NCBI RefSeq assembly: GCF_030646925.1
Contig: NZ_JAUSKL010000102.1
Span: 3,457-67,456, forward strand
DNA: 64,000 bases
Direction: 5' to 3'
Source: Candidatus Binatus sp.
Lineage (GTDB): Bacteria > Desulfobacterota > Binatia > Binatales > Binataceae
Below the pieces are notes generated by a model, which saw only the letters and a program-made list of their open reading frames with translations, was not told the origin of the DNA and ran no database searches. Shown piece by piece: positions 16,505 to 25,736 of the stretch (positions within the stretch are counted from its first letter, which is position 1; each line of letters opens with the position of its first letter). Made by a program: the position numbers and the translations under genes.

Positions 16505-18292
16505 TTATTCAGAATCGGAGTCGTCGGTTTCGTCGAGATTGGTGAGGACCGAATCGGCGCGGCGCGAAAATTCGAACATCCCGGCGCCGCGCTTAGTCCC
16601 TGACTGAAAGCTCGCGAAGCCGAGTGAGGTGTAGATGCGCGATTGGTCGGGGCCGGGGCGCGACAGCGGGATGAAGCATTCGGCGCGTCCGTCGAAGGTG
16701 AATGTTCGGCCGTCGGGATAAGCGATTGACGCGGCAACGATATGCGGCGGTTCCTCGACCGCGTCGGTATCGATGATGAGATCGCGCAGGTCGCACTGGC
16801 GCCATCGGTTCGCGAGCATCGCACGCGCACTGCGATGCGGCTCCGGGTCGGCGCTCGCAATCGAGCGCACTTCGAGCGCGGAGGGCGCATCGTCATCGTC
16901 GAAGCAGGCCCAAATCATCCGGCGCGTGACGAAATTTTGCGGGCCGAGTCCGGTGAACGAGATGCCCGCGCGCGCGTATCCGCCGACCTGGCGCGACGCG
17001 CCGTTGATGCGAACCGTCCCTGCGGCGCGGCCGAACGCGGCGATCGCATTGGGCGCGTTGTCGGCGGGCTGATTCGGCGTCAGGATCCGAGCGAAGTCAA
17101 ATTCGCCGTCGGGCAAATCGAGCCGCACGCCGACTTCCATCGAGCCGTCGAGGCGGCCCGAGGCCAGCGCGCGCTCGATGCTGAGATAAGCGGTGGCGTC
17201 GGGAACGATCACGGCGGGGCCGCGAAATGCGAGCAGGATCGAGTTGCCGTCGCGCGTGAGCGAGAGTGGTCCGTGGCGGACGTCGGTTTCGGAGCGGGCG
17301 GGCCGGCCTTCGGCGGTGAATAGTCCGACGCGATTGCGGTCGAACAGAACCATGATGCGCGCGCCGATGCCGCCCTGGCCGACGTCGAAGCTGGCCATCG
17401 CACCGATGCGCGCGCTCGGATCGTAGAACTCGATTCCGACGCGGGTGGAGGCGGGCCCGGCGCTGGGCGCGGCGTCGCGTTTGGGAATCGCTTCGCGCGG
17501 CGCGCGATTCACGACGATCGCTTTGCGCGAGGTGGCGACGGAAGTTCCATTCGATGCGAGCGAGAAGGTCGCGGCGAGCGCGTCCTCACATCGAGCGCGC
17601 AATTCGCCGGGCATCCGCAGTGCGACGGACAACTCGAGTTGCGCGGCCTCGATCGCGCCGGTGGCGGCAATATCTGAAATCGCGCGCAACGAAGCGACCT
17701 GACTCTCGCGATGGCGCGCGGTAAACGCCTGGAGCAAATTCTGCAAGCCGCCGCCGGGATAGCGCATCCCATAGGTCGGCTTGATCCCGTGCTGGACGAG
17801 CGATTCGGCGAGATGAGTCAACGGGCCGTTGATGAAATCGTCGCTGGCGGAGACACACGCGGCGCCGGCCGGACGCAGTTCGCCGGCAATCGTGCGCAGC
17901 CCGAGGCCGAAATCGACGCGCGGCTCGATGATGTTCCATCCGTGGACCAGCAACACGACAGCGCGGCCGTGGCGCGTGACGATCGCGCCGATGCGATCCG
18001 CGATCAGCTCGAGCAGCCACGGTGCGCGCTCGACGATCTGCGCGATGCGGTTGCAGTCGAGGCGGTTGCGATCCATCGCGGAGTTGATGAGCGCGGATGC
18101 GCCGAGGCGCGCGGCCAGGTCGCGAGTGATGTCGGCGGTGTGAAGGTCGTTGACCTTCGGATTCAGCATCGAGCGGGTGCGCGGTTCGGCGCGGCCGCCG
18201 TGCGGAGCGATCAGGAGAATCGGCGAATCGGAATCGATCGCCTCGAGCCATGACTCGGCGGGCGCGATCGCGGGAAGTAGGGCTTCGGGCAT
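16505..18292 (-). CDS. 595-aa hypothetical protein; N-terminal N-formylglutamate amidohydrolase/PghP-like hydrolase fold; large C-terminal region of unknown function
   Basis: Motifs ILLIAPHGGRAEPRT, DRNRLDCNR, VVLLVHGW. The start lies 11 nt after the pcs stop. Confidence 0.6.
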   Translation of the reverse strand: MPEALLPAIAPAESWLEAIDSDSPILLIAPHGGRAEPRTRSMLNPKVNDLHTADITRDLAARLGASALINSAMDRNRLDCNRIAQIVERAPWLLELIADRIGAIVTRHGRAVVLLVHGWNIIEPRVDFGLGLRTIAGELRPAGAACVSASDDFINGPLTHLAESLVQHGIKPTYGMRYPGGGLQNLLQAFTARHRESQVASLRAISDIAATGAIEAAQLELSVALRMPGELRARCEDALAATFSLASNGTSVATSRKAIVVNRAPREAIPKRDAAPSAGPASTRVGIEFYDPSARIGAMASFDVGQGGIGARIMVLFDRNRVGLFTAEGRPARSETDVRHGPLSLTRDGNSILLAFRGPAVIVPDATAYLSIERALASGRLDGSMEVGVRLDLPDGEFDFARILTPNQPADNAPNAIAAFGRAAGTVRINGASRQVGGYARAGISFTGLGPQNFVTRRMIWACFDDDDAPSALEVRSIASADPEPHRSARAMLANRWRQCDLRDLIIDTDAVEEPPHIVAASIAYPDGRTFTFDGRAECFIPLSRPGPDQSRIYTSLGFASFQSGTKRGAGMFEFSRRADSVLTNLDETDDSDSE

Positions 18293-18303
18293 CGTGCAAC
18301 GCG

Positions 18304-19059
18304 CTAACGCGCGATCCTCAGCATGGCGCGAGCGTGAAGCGCGAACGACGCGACCAAGTAATAGACGATGAAGCTGAGCGAGACTGCAAGCATCAGGGAG
18401 TTCACCGCGGGGAGCATCGGCAGCATCACGAAAGTCACTGCGGCCCAGATGATTCCGAGCGTGAGCGTGAGCGGACGCAGCGGCACGGTGCGATTCGGAT
18501 AGATGTACTTCAGCGGAACGAACACCATCACGCTAAGAATCAAGAGGACCGCGACGTTGAAGATGGTGCCGAGGCCGAGACAGAAGAGATAGAAGGCGAC
18601 GAGGTTCCAGTAGTTGGGGAAGCCGAGGAAATAATTATCGGCAGTCTTGGCGTTGGTCCGGCAGAAGCCGTAAACGCTCGCGAGCATCACGAAGCAGGCG
18701 AGCAGGAGGCCGAGGCGACTCCCCGGGATGAGGCCGGCCTCGAGCATCAGGAAGACCGGGGCGACGGTGTAGGTCAGGTAATCCACGATATTGTCGAGCA
18801 GTGCGCCGTCGAAGGTGGGAATCCGCGTTTTGACCATCAGCAGGCGCGCGAGCGGACCGTCGCTGGAATCGATGATGGTTGCGGCGCCCATCGCGAGGAA
18901 GGATGCGCGGAAATCATGGATGGCGGCGGAGTAGATCGCGATCAAGCCCAGCGCGGCGCCGAGGGCGGTGTACAGATGTACACCCCACGCGCAGATGGTG
19001 AGCAGCCGCTGCCGCGGAGTTGCGGGCTTGAAATCGTCGGCTGCGGCTCGCGAGGTCAC
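18304..19059 (-). CDS. pcs: phosphatidylcholine synthase (CDP-alcohol phosphatidyltransferase family)
   Basis: Pcs-type motif DG-PL-AR-x12-G-ALL-D-NIV-D (IIDSSDGPLARLLMVKTRIPTFDGALLDNIVDYLTY). Also GVHLYTALGA, YFLGFPNYWNLVAF and IYPNRTVPLRPL, resembling rhizobial Pcs as I recall it. About 8 TM segments. GTG start 1 nt after the phosphatase stop. Confidence 0.75.
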   Translation of the reverse strand: MTSRAAADDFKPATPRQRLLTICAWGVHLYTALGAALGLIAIYSAAIHDFRASFLAMGAATIIDSSDGPLARLLMVKTRIPTFDGALLDNIVDYLTYTVAPVFLMLEAGLIPGSRLGLLLACFVMLASVYGFCRTNAKTADNYFLGFPNYWNLVAFYLFCLGLGTIFNVAVLLILSVMVFVPLKYIYPNRTVPLRPLTLTLGIIWAAVTFVMLPMLPAVNSLMLAVSLSFIVYYLVASFALHARAMLRIAR

Positions 19060-19060
19060 C

Positions 19061-19594
19061 TCATTTGTCCGGCTTGAAATCGCGCGGCCCGAAGTACTCT
19101 TCCAGCACCGTCATGAAGGGGCCGCACGCGCGCTGCTTTTTCACCGTCGCCATGGCCTCATCGAGCGACATCTGGCGATAAGCGCGGAGGAAAGCGATCG
19201 CGAGCGTCGGCGCGCGATTCATCCCGGCGTTACAATGCAGGTAAACGCGACCGCCGGCGCCGATCAGATCGCGGAGATCGTGCAGGGCGGCCTCGAGCCG
19301 TTCGGCCATCGCGTCGGCGCTGCCATCCTGGATTGGAGTACGCACGAAATCGATCCCGTGCTCCTGGTATTCCTCGCGCAGGCGTTGGTGGTCGAGTCCG
19401 TTCAGGCGAAGATCTTCGTCATCCTGAAGATTGTGAACCGCGGTGACGCCGTAGGTGTTTTTGAGCCACTCGATATCGTCGTGATGCGGGTACTCGCCGA
19501 CCAGCAATTCCGGCGAGATCACGCTAACCGAGGGACGGCGGTCGCCGCGCGAGGGCCGGGGCGCGCCGTCATTGCGCTTGCTGAACCAATCCAT
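19061..19594 (-). CDS. dual-specificity (Cys-based) phosphatase
   Basis: Active-site loop VYLHCNAGMNRAPT (HCxxGxxR) and the general-acid region TPIQDGS. 177 aa. Confidence 0.8.
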   Translation of the reverse strand: MDWFSKRNDGAPRPSRGDRRPSVSVISPELLVGEYPHHDDIEWLKNTYGVTAVHNLQDDEDLRLNGLDHQRLREEYQEHGIDFVRTPIQDGSADAMAERLEAALHDLRDLIGAGGRVYLHCNAGMNRAPTLAIAFLRAYRQMSLDEAMATVKKQRACGPFMTVLEEYFGPRDFKPDK

Positions 19595-19638
19595 AACCCA
19601 AATGTAACCCCGCGCACTGGCAGTATTCCAGCGTCAGA

Positions 19639-22600
19639 TCAGGTGGGGCCGTCCGGATCGGGAGTCAAAGGGACGAGATACTCCTGACATTCCAAACAGT
19701 AGGAATACTTGCCGCCATTTTCCCAGATGATGCTCCCCTCCTTGATCGTGTCGCCTTTTCGAGGAGCCGAGTCGAAATCAGGCTTCGTACTCCCGCTCGT
19801 TCCGGAAACGACGCACTTAAAGAAGGGCATCAGCGAAATTCGGTGCCCCTCGTGCTTGGCCAAAAGCTTTGAAACCCACTCATGCTTCGCAAGAGTTGTC
19901 CCATATAGTGATTGGTCGAAGCCCGCTTTGAGAGCGTTCATATCGTCGATGGTGGCATTTCCCGCTCTGAACGCCCAGTAAGGAGTGTCCGGCAGGCAGT
20001 TCCGACATACGCTAGAGTGATTCTCCAAAGCATCAAGGATCAAACCAACTTCTTTCTTCCGCTCGCCAAGTAGTCGCAGTGCGTTACCGAGATTGAACTG
20101 CGCTCCGTTCGTGGCAAACGGGACTGAACGCGAGCTGTATTCCTTCAATACCTGCCTGTAGCGGAGCACTGCTCTCTCGAGAGACTCCGTCCCAGATTCC
20201 CGCTCGCCCAAGATTTGCTCCACGAGTGCGAGAGCTCCCTGACTCGCAGCCCAGAGAAGCGGTTCGCGGTCACGATTCCGTTCGGTGAGAGCTTCGCGAT
20301 AGGCCGTTGCCGCTTCCTCCAAGTGTGCCGCGCTCGTTTCTCGCCTACCGAGACCGGCGAGAGCGTCTCCCAGGTTTTGCTTTGCAACTGACCACCGGAA
20401 AGGCACAGTCTCCCGGGTCCAAATTTGTAATGCGTCTCGTAAGGCACTTATAGCTTTGTCGAAATAACGCGGGGCGTTCTTGTACTCACCGAGCCTAATG
20501 AGTGCATACGCCAGATTGTTCTTCGAGGACGCAAAGGCCATAGCCAAATTTTCGCGCGTTCGCACTTGAAGTGACTTGTGTAAAACATCGATGGCTTCGT
20601 TCAGACCGTCGGAATTACCGTTTCGATTGGCAATAAGCGTCAATACTGTCCCCAAGTTATTCTGGGTCTCTCCCCAACCGAGAGGATCTTGCTCGAAAGC
20701 TCGTTCTTCGAGTGCAAGCCGGTAGGCGCTTGCGGCTTCCTCCAGAAGCTCGGTCCCCAACACTGTTTCCCCAAGACTCTTCAACGCATTTCCAAGATTG
20801 CTCTGCGCCTGAGCCCAATCCATAGGTACTCGCTTTCGGGTCCATTCCTTCAAAGAAAGGCGATGTGCAGCTATAGCAGCCGCCAGAGTTTCAGCATCAG
20901 ATTCTCGATTTCCGATAACCTGTAGTGCGTAGCCCAAGTTGTTCTGTACCGTTCCCCAGTCCAAAGGGAATCGTTCTCTCGTCCAGTCCTTCAACGCTGC
21001 GCGGTACGAGTCCGCCGCTTGTCTGAGCTTGTCCGTCCCTGATTCTCGTTCGCCCATCTTGAGCAGTGCGCTTCCTAAATTAGACCGCGTCGATCCCAAG
21101 AGGTCCGGAGGAAGTTCTTGCAAAGCGATTTGCTCCAATAACTTCTGAAAGATCTCGACGGCTTCTCTAAGGTGAGTGGGATCGGCTTCAAGGGTTCCGA
21201 GCGCGCCCAACGCTACACCTAGATTGTTTTGCGCGGCCGCCCAGTCCATCGGAACTTGCGTGCGCGGCCATTGGTCGACAACTTCACGGTAGTACCGAAT
21301 GGATTCGGCAAGATAATCAGTTTGACTGGTCTGTTCGCCCAGCGTTTCAAGCGCCATCGCATAAATGAACATAACTCGGGCGCGTCGTTCGGGGGTCCAT
21401 CCTGGGCGGCTATGACTACCCTCAACGAGCCTTCGGACCTTGACCACGAACGGTGCGAGGTCTTTTGCAATGTACTGTCCGCGGCGAGCGAAAAGCTCGG
21501 CACTTTGAGTAATTACCACTAATCTAAGGATATCAACCAAATCTTCCCAGAAGACTTCGGGTAGCTGAAAATTCGCTGGAAGGTATGGTCCTCGTGACCG
21601 CATGCTGGATACAGCTGTAGTCCAATAGAGTCGCGGTGCGGTACGATCGTCGTGCGAGAGAACGGTACCCCAAATGAGTACATGTGCTGACGATTCTTGC
21701 AGGAGTTCTCGCGCCCTGTCGTGCCCGACGCGCTCGCTTTCCTCTGGGATCGGCCCTTCAGGTGAGATCACGCGATCGAACCGAAGGATCTGAACGCCCT
21801 CGATATCTCTCAACGCTTCAATCATCAGACTCTCTATCTCGTGATTGTTGTCATTCACGAGATGCGCGAGCGCAACGGCAAAACGCTGCGGGTCAGCTTT
21901 TGGTATCGCCCCGCTCGCGCCCGACGGCACCGCGTCCGAATCCTTGGGAAGGGGTACTGGCCCGTTCTTCAGCAGGTGCACCGCATACGAAGCGGCCAGT
22001 TCGCATGCGTATGTCCGCCAACGACGCACATCAGCTGAGTCCTTGCGGCTGTCGGCAAGGTCGGAAATGGCACGAATCACGAGAACGCCTGGTGGTGAGG
22101 CCGCTTGGAATGCCGCGGTTGCAACGCCGGCCGCTTCCATCTCGATAGCCACCAGCTTGGGGATGAGTTCGCAGAGTCTGAGCACTTCGGCTTCGTCTGC
22201 TAACACTTTGTCGCCGCTTGCGATGGGGCCCATACGACGCTTCGGCGCGCCACTACTCGGTCGCCTGGTCGCCGTCCTTTGCCATCGACTGCCTCCCAGA
22301 TTCCTCGCGGCACCGAACAGTCGCGGATCTACATTGTGAGTCTTCGGACGAATTTCCGGACCGCTTTCCTTTAGTTTCTGTAGCTCATAGTCGACGATCT
22401 GATCGGCAACGATAAGGTCGCCCAAATGCACCCCATTCTTGAGAACCCCGCCCGCTATCCCCACTAATAGGACGTATCGGGGTTTCCATTTCCGGATCGC
22501 GTCTGTGGTAGCAGTGGCAGCATCGATCCTGCCCATTCCGAGTAGCGGAACTATTATGAGGCTATATGTTCCCTTGCTTCGGTCGGAAAATGTGGTGCGT

Positions 22601-22737
22601 ATTTCAGCCGAGTAGTAGACTCGAACGTCATCTTCTTCGGGCGGCAACTTGCTGACCGGCCGCAGCCTCATGAGCAGCGCTTGCGTTTCCTCTTCAAGCG
22701 CCGTGATGATCAGAAAATCCGCTTTCCGCTCGCCCAT
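19639..22737 (-). CDS. 1032-aa nucleoside phosphorylase-superfamily (PNP_UDP_1-like) domain fused to nine TPR-type repeats; no NTPase domain
   Basis: N-terminal motifs DFLIITALEEE, VLLVGIAGGV, VAIEMEAAGVATAA, VIRAISDLADS. Residues ~455-900 hold nine ~47-residue repeats carrying (Q/S)NLGxAL and AYRxAL. No GxxxxGK(S/T) occurs anywhere. GC is 30/60 in lines 19681-19740 and 20461-20520, versus 40/60 in 19081-19140. Confidence 0.85.
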   Translation of the reverse strand: MGERKADFLIITALEEETQALLMRLRPVSKLPPEEDDVRVYYSAEIRTTFSDRSKGTYSLIIVPLLGMGRIDAATATTDAIRKWKPRYVLLVGIAGGVLKNGVHLGDLIVADQIVDYELQKLKESGPEIRPKTHNVDPRLFGAARNLGGSRWQRTATRRPSSGAPKRRMGPIASGDKVLADEAEVLRLCELIPKLVAIEMEAAGVATAAFQAASPPGVLVIRAISDLADSRKDSADVRRWRTYACELAASYAVHLLKNGPVPLPKDSDAVPSGASGAIPKADPQRFAVALAHLVNDNNHEIESLMIEALRDIEGVQILRFDRVISPEGPIPEESERVGHDRARELLQESSAHVLIWGTVLSHDDRTAPRLYWTTAVSSMRSRGPYLPANFQLPEVFWEDLVDILRLVVITQSAELFARRGQYIAKDLAPFVVKVRRLVEGSHSRPGWTPERRARVMFIYAMALETLGEQTSQTDYLAESIRYYREVVDQWPRTQVPMDWAAAQNNLGVALGALGTLEADPTHLREAVEIFQKLLEQIALQELPPDLLGSTRSNLGSALLKMGERESGTDKLRQAADSYRAALKDWTRERFPLDWGTVQNNLGYALQVIGNRESDAETLAAAIAAHRLSLKEWTRKRVPMDWAQAQSNLGNALKSLGETVLGTELLEEAASAYRLALEERAFEQDPLGWGETQNNLGTVLTLIANRNGNSDGLNEAIDVLHKSLQVRTRENLAMAFASSKNNLAYALIRLGEYKNAPRYFDKAISALRDALQIWTRETVPFRWSVAKQNLGDALAGLGRRETSAAHLEEAATAYREALTERNRDREPLLWAASQGALALVEQILGERESGTESLERAVLRYRQVLKEYSSRSVPFATNGAQFNLGNALRLLGERKKEVGLILDALENHSSVCRNCLPDTPYWAFRAGNATIDDMNALKAGFDQSLYGTTLAKHEWVSKLLAKHEGHRISLMPFFKCVVSGTSGSTKPDFDSAPRKGDTIKEGSIIWENGGKYSYCLECQEYLVPLTPDPDGPT

Positions 22738-22888
22738 TTTGTTCTATCTTATCCGAGACTCGCGGCGCTTCCTATTGCGGCGACTACGTGGAACTATCAT
22801 CGAGTCCTCCGGTCGTCTCGGTTGTTAGCTCTAACTAACGGCGAGTAAGAGGTCGGTGGGATGTGTTAAAACGCCGGGGCACAATCAG

Positions 22889-24547
22889 TCAGGGGCGGGG
22901 GAGGGAGGAGCGGGCGTTGGCGATGCGGCGGGCGGTCTCGCCGATCGTGCCGGCGCGATGCCATCGGCTGTATTCCTCGACGGTCAAGCCGTGTGCGACT
23001 TCAAGCGCGACTGACAGTCCCGCGATTACGAACACTTCGCCGAGCACGCTGATGCGCGGCGCGAGGCCGAGTCCGCCGCCCTCCTGGCTGACGGGCGCGT
23101 GGATTACGAGGTCGGCGAGTTGCGTGAGGCCCGATTCCTTGTTGCCGGTGATCGCGATCAGTTGCGCGCCTTGTTCGCGGATGGCGGTCGCGGTCGCAAG
23201 CAGTTCGTCGGTGTTGCCGCTGTTGGAGATCGCGATGACGACGTCGCGCGGATGCACCTGGCCGAGGCTGCCGTGCAGCGTTTCCGTCGCATGCAAAAAA
23301 GTGGCGGGCGTGCCGACCGAACAAAGGAGGCTCGCGGCATAGCGCGCGACGTGCTCCGGCTTGCCGACGCCGGTCACGTGCACGCGTCCGCCGCGGCCGA
23401 GCGCGGTGCGGATGATCTCGACGGCGCGCGCGATCGCGGCGAAGTTGATCCCGGCGCGCAATGTTGCGAGTTCGGCGAGAGCGATGTCGAAAAATTCTTC
23501 AACCTCGACGGTCGAAACCTCGTTGCCCGATTCGTGCTGATCGGCTTCTGCGCGCGGGCGTGGCAGCGTGAGCGCTGCGCCATACAGATCGACAATTTCG
23601 TCGCGGACTTCGAAGCCCGAGGGAAAAGCGCCGAGACGAGTGACGCAAATTGCGCCGGCGGCATTTGCCAACCGGCCCGTTTGCTCCCACGGCAGATTCA
23701 TCCGGATGCCGGCGAAGATGCCCGCGAGGAACGCGTCGCCGGCGCCGGTCGAATCGACTTGCTTCACCTTGAAGGCGGGCACGCGCACGCTGGCGCCGTC
23801 GGCGGCGATCGAGCATCCTTTGTCGCCTTCGGTGATTATCACGGCGCGACTGCCGTATTTCGCGCGAATCGATTCGGCGAGTTTCAGCGGATCGCGGCCG
23901 TTGCCGGCGATCAGTTCGCGCGCCGCCGCTTTGGCGGGCTTGAGGTAAGTCGCGAGCTTCAGCACGCGTTCGAGTTCCGCGCGCGTACCGAGCGATCCGA
24001 TCGCGTCGGACGGGGGTACATCGACGTCGAGAATCGTCGGAATCGAATGAGTGCGCGCAAACAGCAGAATCGCGAGCACGGTGCGGAGAGGTAACTGCGA
24101 AATTTCGGTCGAGATCAAATTGGCGCGGCGAATGAATGCACCGTGGCGGCTACGGACTTCGGTCGGCGTGAGTTCGCCGGTAGCGCCGCGCGACATATAG
24201 ATTGCGCGATCGCCAGCGGTATCGACGAAGATCGTCGCGAACGCGCTCGCGCTGCCGTCGAAAGTAAGATGATGGCGGATGCCGAGATGCTCCATCCCGT
24301 CGCGTAGAAACACGCCGTGGCGATCGTCGCCGAGCTTGCCGAAGATGCCGGTCCGCAGGCCGAGCACGCGCGCCCAGCCGAGATGATTCAGCACCAGGCC
24401 GCCGACCTGGGTGCGCTCGATCGCGGCGCTCGCGCTGTGCGCGTGCAGCAGGATTTTTTCGTCGGCGCGGATGATGCGGGGGGTGCGATAGAACAGGTCC
24501 ACGACCATGCTGCCGCATCCGACGACGTCGAGTTTGTGGTCAGCCAT
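22889..24547 (-). CDS. bifunctional PfkB-family carbohydrate kinase / SIS-domain (KpsF/GutQ- or PHI-like) protein
   Basis: Kinase motifs DVVGCGSMVVDLFY and VDSTGAGDAFLAGIFAG. SIS motifs VHVTGVGKPEHVARYAA and VVIAISNSGNTDEL. Start at ATG 24547, overlapping the upstream stop by 8 nt. Confidence 0.8.
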   Translation of the reverse strand: MADHKLDVVGCGSMVVDLFYRTPRIIRADEKILLHAHSASAAIERTQVGGLVLNHLGWARVLGLRTGIFGKLGDDRHGVFLRDGMEHLGIRHHLTFDGSASAFATIFVDTAGDRAIYMSRGATGELTPTEVRSRHGAFIRRANLISTEISQLPLRTVLAILLFARTHSIPTILDVDVPPSDAIGSLGTRAELERVLKLATYLKPAKAAARELIAGNGRDPLKLAESIRAKYGSRAVIITEGDKGCSIAADGASVRVPAFKVKQVDSTGAGDAFLAGIFAGIRMNLPWEQTGRLANAAGAICVTRLGAFPSGFEVRDEIVDLYGAALTLPRPRAEADQHESGNEVSTVEVEEFFDIALAELATLRAGINFAAIARAVEIIRTALGRGGRVHVTGVGKPEHVARYAASLLCSVGTPATFLHATETLHGSLGQVHPRDVVIAISNSGNTDELLATATAIREQGAQLIAITGNKESGLTQLADLVIHAPVSQEGGGLGLAPRISVLGEVFVIAGLSVALEVAHGLTVEEYSRWHRAGTIGETARRIANARSSLPRP

Positions 24548-25724
24548 TGCGATGAGCCATTTTGAGCGCGGGCGTGCGGACGGCGCGCGCATCGGGCTCG
24601 CTGACCCATCCGCGCTCGAGCACCGCGGCGCTGTTGTCGCGCAGCTTGCTAAATCGAATCATGAACTCGTGGCGTTCCTCGTCATTGAGCGAAGGAGTGC
24701 CGTCGCCGAGCACGTCGCTGGTGATGACGCCGAGTTGTTTGAGCGCGAGTTTGAGGCACGCAATCGTCGGCCGATACGGCTTGCCGCCGCGCTTGAAGGT
24801 GCAGGCGGAGCGGAAATCGCCGATCACCTGCGCGTAGAGATGCATCAGTTCGCTGTCGGCAGAGCGGCAGACCTGCCACGCGCGCTGCCATTCGCGGGGC
24901 ATCGCATTGGCCGGCCCGGCGACGACGCCGTAAGGACGCGTGCGTTGGGTAAGATAGCGATTCCAGTAGTGGCGCATGCTGTCGGCGATGCCTTCGGGGG
25001 GCGCGAAGAGATCGAAGATGAGGTGCGCATTGCCGGCATAGATCGCGAATTCGTGGCTCGCCTTGAAGTGCGAAGCGGCGCGCGTGTAATTGCCGATGAC
25101 GGACTTGCTGGCGGTGACTTTGATGCCGCGCACATAAGGCAGGCGGCTCATCAATTTGACGTCGCGGGTGTGCAGATGCGTCGGTTTGCCGGGCGCCGCG
25201 ATGTCGGCATTGTCGTACAGAAACAGCGGGATGGCGCGGCCGGCGCGCTCGAAAACCGCGCCGATGTCGCGCTCGACGAAGGGCGCGGGATGCTCGACGT
25301 CAGCGATCGAGAGGGGCGCGACGACGGCGGCGTCGGCGCCGGAATCGATTGCGTGGATCAGATTGTCGAGCGTCTCGGCGCGAGTATGCGCGGTGATGCC
25401 GGCCCATGCCTCGATTTTCTTTGCGGCTGACACGCTGGCACGGCGGCATTCGTCGGTCGCGATCCTCGCGACGGCCTGGCGCTGCGCGTTATCGATGCGA
25501 TCCCATTCGCCGTTGGTACCGGGAGCAAAAATGATATCGGCGCCGTTGCCGTTCTGAATCGCGAAGCGGACGACGGCGCGCTGCTCGGACTCGAGCACGC
25601 GGCCGCGGGCGTCGAGAATCGTGACGATCGGCACCGACAATCCCGGCCGGGGGATGTATTGGTCGAGTGTTTGCACGGCGAGAATCCTACCAGAATCGCG
25701 CGGAAGCTGCTGCGGGCTAGTCAA
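24540..25724 (-). CDS. DHDPS/NAL-family class I aldolase-like protein
   Basis: Motifs IIFAPGTNGEW (GTTGE-like) and VRGIKVTASK (Schiff-base lysine context). 394 aa, with a C-terminal extension relative to DapA. Confidence 0.65.
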   Translation of the reverse strand: MTSPQQLPRDSGRILAVQTLDQYIPRPGLSVPIVTILDARGRVLESEQRAVVRFAIQNGNGADIIFAPGTNGEWDRIDNAQRQAVARIATDECRRASVSAAKKIEAWAGITAHTRAETLDNLIHAIDSGADAAVVAPLSIADVEHPAPFVERDIGAVFERAGRAIPLFLYDNADIAAPGKPTHLHTRDVKLMSRLPYVRGIKVTASKSVIGNYTRAASHFKASHEFAIYAGNAHLIFDLFAPPEGIADSMRHYWNRYLTQRTRPYGVVAGPANAMPREWQRAWQVCRSADSELMHLYAQVIGDFRSACTFKRGGKPYRPTIACLKLALKQLGVITSDVLGDGTPSLNDEERHEFMIRFSKLRDNSAAVLERGWVSEPDARAVRTPALKMAHRNG

Positions 25725-25736
25725 ATCGCGGCACGG

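Noticed and set aside
20038-21375. Periodic DNA repeats (about 141 nt in the TPR gene; 51 nt at 51094-51756), checked as possible CRISPR or satellite arrays
   Set aside because: Both are in-frame coding repeats with diverged units and no unique spacers. No cas genes are present.
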